Virus genome (UHGV): UHGV-0053823 | Direction: 5' to 3' (one strand) | Length of the DNA: 11,023 nucleotides | DNA from: a virus | Part shown: positions 1-7,068 of the stretch, in pieces | Layout: every line of letters begins with the position of its first letter | Position numbering within the stretch: position 1 is the stretch's first letter | Notes under the pieces: generated by a model | What the model saw: the letters and a program-made list of their open reading frames with translations, nothing else | Told to the model about the DNA's origin: nothing | Databases searched by the model: none | Position numbers and translations under genes: made by a program

Positions 1-361
1 CCATATCTAACCGGACATTCAGAGCCATAAGCATTCCTTCAATAATACCTTCCGCTTTATAAAGCCTTTTACCAATAAGCCCATCAGAACATCTATGCTT
101 ACGTGCAAGAGCCATAAATGTCATTCCACCTACGTAATAATCCACCAACAAATCGTGCAAATACTGATTATTCTTGTTTAATCGTGCCATACAACCACAA
201 ATTATCATGGCGTCATCATCAGAACACTGAGGACGTGATTTCACTTTAGTCGGGATTAATCCTTTAAAACCAGCAGCTATCGAGGGCCATGTTACATCTT
301 CATGATTATTTGCTGCCCATGCCCCCCATCGCTCAAGAACCATCTGGATATCACGCGCCAT
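1..361 (-). CDS. Antitermination protein Q (phage 82/DLP12 QuuD-like type), 3' end truncated by window edge
   Basis: Minus-strand frame from ATG at 361..359 is open to position 1 (about 120 codons, no stop). Translation begins [37 protein letters not shown]..., which matches my recollection of E. coli prophage Q antiterminators. The start lies 8 nt upstream of the rusA stop, the usual rusA-Q arrangement. Confidence 0.7.
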   Translation of the reverse strand, partial: MARDIQMVLERWGAWAANNHEDVTWPSIAAGFKGLIPTKVKSRPQCSDDDAMIICGCMARLNKNNQYLHDLLVDYYVGGMTFMALARKHRCSDGLIGKRLYKAEGIIEGMLMALNVRLDM

Positions 362-722
362 CGTTACCACCTCTGATTTCGTAAATCTTCACGCCCAGCC
401 GTCCACCTGGCACAGGCTGACCGCGCACAATATTGATTTCATCAAACTGCTCGTCATCAATGAGCACTTCCGCATGCGTCAGCGCATCCAGCGGTGCTTT
501 CAGAATGTTGTCCAGGTCACGGCGGCGCTTATCCGGTGGTTCTGCAATAATTTTTATTGCCAGCCGTCCGGACAGGCTTAATTTCAGCCGCTGCTGGCGA
601 ACAATAAGCGCCACTGCCCGGCGATAACGCTTTCCCGTTTCCGATATAAAGTACGTTCCACCACGACGTCGCCAGTAGGTGTTCACCGTTGGCGGGTAAG
701 GCAAAACAAACTCTATACGCAT
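351..722 (-). CDS. rusA: Holliday junction resolvase RusA
   Basis: 123-aa ORF with ATG start and AAGAGG Shine-Dalgarno 6 nt upstream. Sequence ([14 protein letters not shown]..., [29 protein letters not shown]) is characteristic of the RusA endonuclease family, including the catalytic D-rich core. Confidence 0.85.
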   Translation of the reverse strand: MRIEFVLPYPPTVNTYWRRRGGTYFISETGKRYRRAVALIVRQQRLKLSLSGRLAIKIIAEPPDKRRRDLDNILKAPLDALTHAEVLIDDEQFDEINIVRGQPVPGGRLGVKIYEIRGGNDGA

Positions 723-734
723 CAGTAACCTCTT

Positions 735-1784
735 TTACCCGAGCACGCCGGTTGCAAAGGCGTGATCAAGAAAACGAAAAATTAAATCAACCTGGGAACC
801 ATGCTTTTCTTCGAACGCCAGCGGATCCGCATGAAGTTCGTTGTGATGTTCCCGGCACAACGGTAGCGTGAAAATATCGTGGGCCTTTGTTCCCATCCCT
901 CCCTGACCGTGACCAATCAGGTGATGGGGATCGTCGGCTGGCTGACCACAACACGCACACGGCTGTGTCTTCACCCAGCGCGTATATTTCTCATTTACCC
1001 AACGGCGACGTTTAGGTCGCCTCATGAAAGATTCCGGAGACTCTGGATCAACGGTGATGCTTACCACCGTCTTTTCCTGTGATGGGTTTTGTTGCTGGTG
1101 GGCGTGAGGCAACGGTGCAAGATTTTTTGTGCGCTGTTTCAATATGCTGGTGGCGGTCTGCTCTCCCGGTACGATGTCGCTTTCGCGGTACAAGGAGCAG
1201 ATTTTTTCCGCACGTAACCCCAGAGAACGACGTAATACTGCCTCCGGAAGCGCGTCCGCCACCTGATTGCGGACCGCCCACCAGGATAATTCAGCCAGAG
1301 ATAATTCACGCTCCTGCGTACCGCTTATTGCGTGACCGATGACGTCAATCATCCATGCTGACAGGTTTTGATGAGCAAGTTGCTCAAGTGATTCGGATGT
1401 CTGGTCACGCAGCTGGTTGTCGCAGTGCCAGCACAACACCATTGCGCCGGTACCATAACGGTGAATAACGGTTTCGCTGTGATGATAATCGCCGTGTGGC
1501 CACTGGCAGGATTTAATATGGCGCAACAGCCAGTCAGACAATGCACCAGCACCACCAGCAGCACGAATTACCCGTGCGTTACTGAAAAACGGCAGCAATG
1601 TTTTGTCTTCCACCAGCGGCTGGCGAACGGCAGGGACGACTCCGGATGGCAGGCCGCACATGCTTTTCGGTTCCGGCTCCACCAGCACTCGAGGATTGTG
1701 AAATACCTGCATGGATTCACGACCTGGCTTAAGGACCACCAGCCCGAGTTCCGGTACCAGAACAGGTCGAAGTAATACCCGCAC
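735..1784 (-). CDS. DUF968 family phage protein (YdfU-like) with C-terminal Cys/His HNH-like motif
   Basis: 349-aa ORF ending 13 nt before rusA. C-terminal region CACCGQPADDPHHLIGHGQGGMGTKAHDIFTLPLCREHHNELH resembles the DUF968/YdfU family found beside Q in Qin-type prophages. The start is a non-ATG codon (GTG at 1784), so the true start is uncertain. Confidence 0.6.
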   Translation of the reverse strand: MRVLLRPVLVPELGLVVLKPGRESMQVFHNPRVLVEPEPKSMCGLPSGVVPAVRQPLVEDKTLLPFFSNARVIRAAGGAGALSDWLLRHIKSCQWPHGDYHHSETVIHRYGTGAMVLCWHCDNQLRDQTSESLEQLAHQNLSAWMIDVIGHAISGTQERELSLAELSWWAVRNQVADALPEAVLRRSLGLRAEKICSLYRESDIVPGEQTATSILKQRTKNLAPLPHAHQQQNPSQEKTVVSITVDPESPESFMRRPKRRRWVNEKYTRWVKTQPCACCGQPADDPHHLIGHGQGGMGTKAHDIFTLPLCREHHNELHADPLAFEEKHGSQVDLIFRFLDHAFATGVLG

Positions 1785-1785
1785 G

Positions 1786-2058
1786 TTACCTCCAGATCCG
1801 TTGCTGGAATGTGCGGGACGGACGCGGTGGGCGTTCGGAGTAAGGGAGCCTGACGGAGATTATCCAGTGACGGTAGTCAAGGCTAAGGGCTTTTTTAACC
1901 TCGCATCCGCGCCTACGGTAACACTGAATCAGCCGTTCGGCCTGTTCTTCAGTGCATGGGGGATGCTGATACCAGTCATATTTGAATGCGTGCGAACGCC
2001 GCCCGTGCCTGCTGGCACGAACGGTATCAGAATTGTGTAATTTGGTCTTGTGCGCCAT
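1786..2058 (-). CDS. Hypothetical small basic protein upstream of the DUF968 gene (start uncertain; longest frame reaches 2112 with a TTG start)
   Basis: Open frame 1786..2112 with a non-repetitive, protein-like sequence (HAFKYDWYQHPPCTEEQAERLIQCYRRRGCEVKKALSLDYRHW). First ATG is at 2058; no convincing SD. Stop lies 2 nt before the DUF968 start codon. Confidence 0.25.
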   Translation of the reverse strand: MAHKTKLHNSDTVRASRHGRRSHAFKYDWYQHPPCTEEQAERLIQCYRRRGCEVKKALSLDYRHWIISVRLPYSERPPRPSRTFQQRIWR

Positions 2059-2128
2059 CTGTTTTCTCTGCTGGCGCAGCAGGTGCCAGTTGTTCAGGCT
2101 GGCGTGCGGCAATATTGTCTCTGATTTC

Positions 2129-2158
2129 TGTTGTCGTCAACAGGCAGCGTGCTATCAT
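2129..2158 (+). promoter_or_regulatory. Putative sigma70 promoter of the TA operon with an overlapping palindromic operator
   Basis: TTGTCG (about 2131-2136), 16-nt spacer, TATCAT (about 2153-2158), roughly 36 nt upstream of the antitoxin ATG. Inverted repeat TGTTG-N4-CAACA (about 2129-2142) overlaps the -35, as expected for an autoregulated TA promoter. Confidence 0.3.
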
Positions 2159-2193
2159 CGAATAGTGTTCTATCCTACTCCGTGAGGTTTACC

Positions 2194-2451
2194 ATGCGTA
2201 CAACCCAACAATTCAGCATTACATTAACTAACGAGATGGCTGACATGGTGCGCGCCCGTGTGGCTTCCGGTGCCTATGCTTCAGAAAGCGAGGTCATTCG
2301 TGAAGGGCTTCGCGCACTGAATGAGCGCGATAAAGCAATCGAAGCGTGGTTAACGCATTCAGCCGCCCCCGCTCTTGATTCTATCCGCGAAAATCCAAAC
2401 AACGGACGCTCCATTTCACAGGTTCGCGCCGCGATTCGATCCGGGAAGTAA
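2194..2451 (+). CDS. Type II antitoxin, ribbon-helix-helix ParD-like
   Basis: 85-aa ORF from internal ATG 2194 with GAGG SD 6 nt upstream (the track ORF from 2131 is probably an over-extension). About 85 aa, sitting 5 nt upstream of a ParE/RelE-like toxin gene. The N-terminal region (FSITLTNEMADMVRARVASGAYASESEVIREGLRAL) looks like an RHH DNA-binding fold. Confidence 0.75.
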   Translation: MRTTQQFSITLTNEMADMVRARVASGAYASESEVIREGLRALNERDKAIEAWLTHSAAPALDSIRENPNNGRSISQVRAAIRSGK

Positions 2452-2456
2452 TCTGC

Positions 2457-2756
2457 ATGACATATGAAGTCATCATTACCCCCGAGGCCGAACAGCAGAT
2501 AATAAACCTGCACAGATATATAACGGAGAAAGCAGGAAGCGTCATTGCTGACAATTATGCCAATGCGCTTCTTGATTATCTTGATGGGTTTTCTACATTC
2601 CCGCATCGGGGCAATAAACGCGATGATATTCGCCAGGGAATGCGGGTAACTCACTTCCGCCACAGAACGATTATTGCTTTTGCCGTTGACGGCAATAAAG
2701 TCTTTATCGCGGGTATTTATCATGGTGGGCAAAGCTATGAAGCCGATTTCTTATAA
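2457..2756 (+). CDS. Type II toxin, ParE/RelE superfamily
   Basis: 99-aa ORF starting 5 nt after the antitoxin stop. Size and C-terminal pattern (RVTHFRHRTIIAFAVDGNKVFIAGIYHGGQSYEADF) are typical of ParE/RelE-fold toxins; antitoxin-toxin gene order fits. Confidence 0.75.
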   Translation: MTYEVIITPEAEQQIINLHRYITEKAGSVIADNYANALLDYLDGFSTFPHRGNKRDDIRQGMRVTHFRHRTIIAFAVDGNKVFIAGIYHGGQSYEADFL

Positions 2757-2836
2757 ACTTTTACCCACATCATTCCGGTGTTAAAATAAACCGTCCGCCC
2801 CCTCTCTTACTGGCGGATTCGTAGGCTATATAAATC

Positions 2837-2873
2837 AAAGATCCCGGCTCGTGTATGCGTCAGGATCTTTTTT
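2837..2873. terminator. Probable bidirectional intrinsic terminator between convergent genes
   Basis: Stem AAAGATCC / GGATCTTT (8 bp) around an 18-nt loop, followed by TTTTTT on the plus strand and a U-rich tract on the minus strand. Lies between the toxin stop (2756) and the end of the minus-strand operon (2881). Confidence 0.45.
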
Positions 2874-2880
2874 CGGTGAT

Positions 2881-2964
2881 TTATCCCCAGCGGCAAATCG
2901 CATACACCACCAGCGCCACCGCCATTGCAATTCCTACCGTTGTGAATGCTTCAGGCCAGGTCAT
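2881..2964 (-). CDS. 27-aa hydrophobic peptide (MTWPEAFTTVGIAMAVALVVYAICRWG), predicted single-pass membrane peptide
   Basis: Too short for the ORF track. Its ATG overlaps the DUF551 gene stop (ATGA) and has a GGAGGA SD 9 nt upstream. Hydrophobic core of about 20 residues flanked by charged or aromatic ends; followed by the terminator hairpin. Confidence 0.4.
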   Translation of the reverse strand: MTWPEAFTTVGIAMAVALVVYAICRWG

Positions 2965-3623
2965 CGTAAAATATCCTCCACGCTTATCAGTCCGTTCCGC
3001 TCCAGATAACTCATCGCCTTATCCGGTAATTTGCAGTCTGGCTTCGCTTTCCTCAGTTGACTGACCAATTGCTTAACCAGCATGGTTAATTCGTTAACCT
3101 GTTTTCCGGATGCTTGTGGATTGTCAGTTTTACCAGAAGTGTCGGTACAGTCGGCGTTCCCACTCTTCTCCTCCTGCGGCGGTTCCGGTAGCGGCATCCA
3201 GTGAGTTGCTTGCTCAATACCATTACCCGGCTTAATCGTTGCATCTCCGCGCCGGAATGTGCTTCCGGTATAGCGTGCGGAGCATATTAGCGGCTCAACC
3301 AGATCACTATCGAAATTCACCGAAATAAGTACGTTCTGATTCTTTTTCGGCATTCGCTCACTACAGCTTATCCAACCATCCGGAGTTACCGAAACTGGCG
3401 ACGCGGCATATAGTGGTTTAGGCGATATCTCCGCGCGTTTTGCGTATGCTTCAACTGTGTCAGGGTTAAACAGGATTATGTTTTCACCGCATTCCCACGC
3501 CACCGGCTCTGCTTCCAGCGATGCCAGCGCAATACGTGCAATTTGTCGAATCTCATCGTTAACGTTGCACATGCGCGGGTCATTGACGTACTGCTCAATG
3601 CGTTCTCTGCTAATAGTGGCCAT
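2961..3623 (-). CDS. DUF551 domain phage protein with Ea22-like N-terminal segment
   Basis: 220-aa ORF containing the WISCSERMPKKNQNVLISV ... THWMPLPEPP signature of DUF551. ATG start with AAAGGAGAG SD, 1 nt after the upstream stop. Confidence 0.7.
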   Translation of the reverse strand: MATISRERIEQYVNDPRMCNVNDEIRQIARIALASLEAEPVAWECGENIILFNPDTVEAYAKRAEISPKPLYAASPVSVTPDGWISCSERMPKKNQNVLISVNFDSDLVEPLICSARYTGSTFRRGDATIKPGNGIEQATHWMPLPEPPQEEKSGNADCTDTSGKTDNPQASGKQVNELTMLVKQLVSQLRKAKPDCKLPDKAMSYLERNGLISVEDILR

Positions 3624-3624
3624 C

Positions 3625-3957
3625 TCACTCTCCTTTGATGCGAATGCCAGCGACGCGTAGTGCGTGTTCTAAGTCAATCAGGCAAAGCCAACTGCCATTT
3701 TCTTTAGGTATCATGACATGCCGCTTATCAGCATTTATTGGGTGCCCATATCGAAGGTCGTAGCGAGTCGGTAATTGAACTTCCCTCGCTTCCAGTTCTG
3801 CAATGTGTTTGTTTTTAGCTTCTAGTTCATCCAGCAGCGCCAGCACAACCTGCGGTGTGACTTTCATACGAAATGCCAGCAATTTTTGTGGTGTGGCTAC
3901 TATTTTTATTGCTTCTGCCGCCTCACGCAGTGCCTGATAGTTAATTTCGGTTGTCAT
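3625..3957 (-). CDS. Ead/Ea22-like protein (short form)
   Basis: 110-aa ORF with ALREAAEA and VVLALLDELEAKNKHIAELEAR coiled-coil motifs typical of Ead/Ea22-like early proteins. Start overlaps the upstream stop (ATGA). Confidence 0.6.
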   Translation of the reverse strand: MTTEINYQALREAAEAIKIVATPQKLLAFRMKVTPQVVLALLDELEAKNKHIAELEAREVQLPTRYDLRYGHPINADKRHVMIPKENGSWLCLIDLEHALRVAGIRIKGE

Positions 3958-4832
3958 GCCACCACCTCTTCGAATTTCAACTCCAATTGATCACCCCAGA
4001 TTTCACATGATTCGGAACACGAACCAGTATCAAACCGCCTGGCTTGCACCATCGCCTGATACAAATTACTGTAGTCACTGTCGGCATACATTCTGGCAAT
4101 CCCGTCAAGCGTCAGGTGGCCACGGTACATAACGTCTTTTCCTGTTCTGCGATGACCATCCCTGACGTGTTTGCCTGTAACCAGTTCATTAAAAAACCGC
4201 ATCAGACCAGGTTCGTCTTTACATGCAAGCCCCAGCTTTTGCGTTGACTTTTTGATGCAGAAAACACAGTTCCCGAGGTGCTCTGGGATTTGCAAATCAA
4301 AAGGTTGTGCTCGCCACCACCGGATAACATCCGACTTATCAAAATGTGACAGTTCGGCAAGATACCGGACGCCCGGTTTCGGTTTCAGCCTACGGTGTTC
4401 GTCCGCACGAATACCCAGCCATGTGATGTAATTCCCTCGTCCGAAATGGTCATCGCAATATTTCGTGAAAGGGGTGAGTTTTAGCCTGTCAGTACAGAAC
4501 GCGCCGCCGATGTATGGCGTGCCGTACTTTTTAACCATATCCATAAACGGTTTAAGCACCGGCATTCGCGTCTGAATATCCTTTGGTTCCCATTCCGTAT
4601 AACTATTTGGCTGCCCAAGCTCTGGATTTATATCGACCTGCAACACGGTTAGTGGAATATCCCAGAACTTCACGACTTCCCGAATAAATCGGTATGTCAG
4701 CGGGTGTTCACATCCCGTATCCATGAATATGTAATGAACGTTTTCACCTGCCTTTCTGCGTTGCTCCATAAGGTGAACGAGATACGCCGATGTACGACCG
4801 CCTGAAAAACTCACAACATGATGAGCGCTCAT
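3954..4832 (-). CDS. PAPS reductase-like / PP-loop ATP pyrophosphatase family enzyme
   Basis: 292-aa ORF with N-terminal PP-loop motif VVSFSGGRTSAYL and C-terminal cysteine pairs (NCVFC, GSCSESC) suggesting a metal or Fe-S site. ATG start at 4832. Confidence 0.7.
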   Translation of the reverse strand: MSAHHVVSFSGGRTSAYLVHLMEQRRKAGENVHYIFMDTGCEHPLTYRFIREVVKFWDIPLTVLQVDINPELGQPNSYTEWEPKDIQTRMPVLKPFMDMVKKYGTPYIGGAFCTDRLKLTPFTKYCDDHFGRGNYITWLGIRADEHRRLKPKPGVRYLAELSHFDKSDVIRWWRAQPFDLQIPEHLGNCVFCIKKSTQKLGLACKDEPGLMRFFNELVTGKHVRDGHRRTGKDVMYRGHLTLDGIARMYADSDYSNLYQAMVQARRFDTGSCSESCEIWGDQLELKFEEVVA

Positions 4833-4961
4833 TTCTTCGTCTCTTTATGGGGGATTAAACTGGCGGTAAGCTGGAATTGCCGGATGCTCACCCGTGTCCG
4901 GCGCACGTCCTCCACCTCACCCGTGGAGAACTCCTTAACCACAACCCCTAAGGAGGGTGAA

Positions 4962-5183
4962 ATGGATCAAAATGAAAAAATTAAAATCGCATTTCTTGCC
5001 GCTTCAAACGCCACGGCTTTATTTATTAACACTCCGCACTATCGCCAAAAATTAGAAGAAAAGCCGGGACTAAAGAAAACAACAATGAACCCAGAGTTCA
5101 TTTTTAAGAACGAATTTAGTCTTCACATGAAGCGCCTTTCTGAAATTCTAAATGCTCATCAAGCCAGTCCAGATCGGGATTGA
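4962..5183 (+). CDS. Hypothetical 73-aa protein on the opposite strand (candidate moron)
   Basis: ATG at 4962 preceded by a near-perfect SD (TAAGGAGGgtgaaATG, 5-nt spacing). AT-rich coding sequence unlike its flanks. The 3' end overlaps the 3' end of the convergent 187-aa gene by 68 nt. No recognisable domain. Confidence 0.35.
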   Translation: MDQNEKIKIAFLAASNATALFINTPHYRQKLEEKPGLKKTTMNPEFIFKNEFSLHMKRLSEILNAHQASPDRD

Positions 5184-5679
5184 TACGCACCAGTTCGAGT
5201 GAATATTCCATGGCATCCCTGGCGTACTCTTTCGGGATGCCATTTTCTTCAAGAATATCCTGAACTTTCTGGCGAATAACCGGAACCAGGAAAAGAAGTT
5301 TTGTTTCACGATTGCCAAGTAGTTCTTCCAGATCGCGCGTAGCCTCTTCCAGATCGCGCGTGGCCTCTTCTGGATAGCGATTGCCCGGTATTGATTCCTG
5401 CGAATTATTCAGTCTTTCAACAGAATTAATTGATTTATCGTTTTCTGTTATATTGCGTTTGATGTTTTGTTGACCTTTATTAAGGCAGCAATTTTGAATA
5501 TGGTCCTTGTGCTTTTCATTATCATAAGCATACAGCCCGACAAAAATATCCCGCAAGTTTCGGGAGATATTTTCCAGATTCGCCTTTGGTTCTTTTCTTA
5601 AATCAACCACCGATAAATGAGCTTTAAGCGTATCCGCAGCTACTTTCTGAATGTCCTCGGGTAAATCTTTAAATTGCAT
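5116..5679 (-). CDS. Hypothetical 187-aa protein with an internal EATRDLE tandem repeat
   Basis: ATG start with GAGGA SD 8 nt upstream; AT-rich, charged, probably helical protein. No family recognised. Confidence 0.55.
   Translation of the reverse strand: MQFKDLPEDIQKVAADTLKAHLSVVDLRKEPKANLENISRNLRDIFVGLYAYDNEKHKDHIQNCCLNKGQQNIKRNITENDKSINSVERLNNSQESIPGNRYPEEATRDLEEATRDLEELLGNRETKLLFLVPVIRQKVQDILEENGIPKEYARDAMEYSLELVRINPDLDWLDEHLEFQKGASCED
5325..5379. repeat. In-frame 21-bp tandem repeat (two units plus a degenerate third) inside the 187-aa gene
   Basis: CTTCCAGATCGCGCGTAGCCT followed by CTTCCAGATCGCGCGTGGCCT (1 mismatch), then a partial third unit CTTCTGGATAGCG. Encodes the repeated EATRDLE heptad on the minus strand. 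Confidence 0.8.
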
Positions 5680-5755
5680 AATATATCCTCATAGAACGGT
5701 GTATTTTCTCGTGAAATGTGAGCGATATGTCGTGACGTCCCTGTCACAGATTTCA

Positions 5756-6577
5756 TCAGACTGAGAATGTGCCGATGAAGGTTAAGATATCTGCTTCTTC
5801 GAAACGCTCTTTCAGCAGGTCACGGAACTCTTTGGCAATTTCTTCTTCCGCAGCTTCAATGCGCACGATACGTAGTACCAGAACAGGTTGCTCGCTGGTC
5901 AGAATACTTAGACGCAGGGTGAACTCACGGTTGCTCAGGCCCTCGAATGGGATGCATTCAAAGCGGAAAGTGGCAGGCATGATTTCCTTACTTTTAGCCT
6001 CCACTGATTCCATAACTGAGCGGCTACCGCTGAAGTTTTGTTCTTCATATTCAGCACTGCGTTTTGCATCGATAGTCAGACGACGGACAGCAGAGATAGC
6101 CTGTTTGATATCCAGTACATTACCGTCGCTGTCATAGGCCGTGAGGAAGTCGGCCCAGTCTTCCAGCCATTCAGCGAGAGATTTCTGGAGTTGTTTTTTG
6201 CCGTCCACGTCACGTAATGCGCGATATGGTGATGTGGCTTTCAGTTCCAGCAGTGCCTTGTTGTCAGCATGTCCTGGTTGATCCAGAGTGCCGATATTGA
6301 ACACAGTGACCGCTTTCATCGTTTCCGCGTTAATGAAGCAACGAGAGAACCCATCGACATAACCTTTGCTGTATTCAACAAAGTCATCAATACTGGTTGT
6401 GGTCATGACTCCACGGAAACGAAAGCGTTCTGTCATGAATCGCTCCAGACTTTCAATATTTACATTGTCCGGCAATAACGTAACGGGGCATTCCGTAAGC
6501 GGCAAATTTTCACCAGAAAAAGCAGTAGTGGTGAGCTTTACAATTTCTTTAATGGCATTGCTATCTAACTGAGACAT
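5756..6577 (-). CDS. Hypothetical 273-aa phage protein (size and context reminiscent of YfdQ/DUF2303; unverified)
   Basis: Long ORF with ATG start and a weak SD; non-repetitive sequence. Family assignment is tentative, based on length and on being downstream of a roughly 115-aa gene as in the yfdP-yfdQ pair. Confidence 0.6.
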   Translation of the reverse strand: MSQLDSNAIKEIVKLTTTAFSGENLPLTECPVTLLPDNVNIESLERFMTERFRFRGVMTTTSIDDFVEYSKGYVDGFSRCFINAETMKAVTVFNIGTLDQPGHADNKALLELKATSPYRALRDVDGKKQLQKSLAEWLEDWADFLTAYDSDGNVLDIKQAISAVRRLTIDAKRSAEYEEQNFSGSRSVMESVEAKSKEIMPATFRFECIPFEGLSNREFTLRLSILTSEQPVLVLRIVRIEAAEEEIAKEFRDLLKERFEEADILTFIGTFSV

Positions 6578-6646
6578 ATATATTTACCTGAGAAATAAAT
6601 TATTTATGGTTGATATCCCCTGATGTTTTCAGGAGGGAGTGATTAT

Positions 6647-6994
6647 TTAGCGTAAAACAGCGTCATGTTGGCCCTGTTTATCGAAAAGCTGTCCCTGGTC
6701 TTTCTGGAACAAAGTAAGCTCACCACCTTTATTTACAAACATCGGGGTGTTAGTCGTGTCTTCTTCTGATTTACTACCACGCATTGTCGGGCGTGTGAAT
6801 TTTAGTTTATGGGAAACTGATACGCGATTTTCATCAAGTGAAGATAATTCGAATTCAACACATACCTTTCCTTTTTTGTTTGTGCTGTTTACGCCAAAGG
6901 CAACTTCACTTAATACCGCACCAAGTTTATTAACAAATACCCCGCCGTCGAGGTCGTTAATGAAAACATTAACATCTGTCTGATGCTGACTCAT
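6647..6994 (-). CDS. Hypothetical 115-aa phage protein (possibly YfdP-like; unverified)
   Basis: ATG start with GGAG SD about 9 nt upstream; same strand and spacing as the neighbouring operon genes. Confidence 0.55.
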   Translation of the reverse strand: MSQHQTDVNVFINDLDGGVFVNKLGAVLSEVAFGVNSTNKKGKVCVEFELSSLDENRVSVSHKLKFTRPTMRGSKSEEDTTNTPMFVNKGGELTLFQKDQGQLFDKQGQHDAVLR

Positions 6995-7068
6995 ATTGAT
7001 ATCTCCGTGTAGAGAGTGTATTGAGGCTTCAGTTGTTTACTGAATTTAAAGCCTGGTTTGTTTGTGAA

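Noticed and set aside
433-1082. Short plus-strand ORFs (433-627, 689-871, 879-1082) overlapping rusA and the DUF968 gene
   Set aside because: They are antisense to confidently assigned genes, lack SDs and give low-complexity translations.
2131-2193. Upstream extension of the antitoxin ORF
   Set aside because: The extension would run through the predicted promoter; the ATG at 2194 has a GAGG SD and gives a typical 85-aa antitoxin.
2274-2732. 152-aa minus-strand ORF antisense to the TA genes
   Set aside because: It lies entirely inside the well-supported antitoxin and toxin genes on the opposite strand; no SD and low-complexity translation.
5717-5748. CRP-like TGTGA ... TCACA site
   Set aside because: The half-sites are 22 bp apart rather than the 6 bp of a CRP site; the inner GTGAC/GTCAC dyad is kept as a generic operator candidate only.
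5769-6137. 122-aa plus-strand ORF inside the 273-aa gene
   Set aside because: Antisense shadow ORF with Ser/Arg-rich low-complexity translation and no ribosome-binding site.
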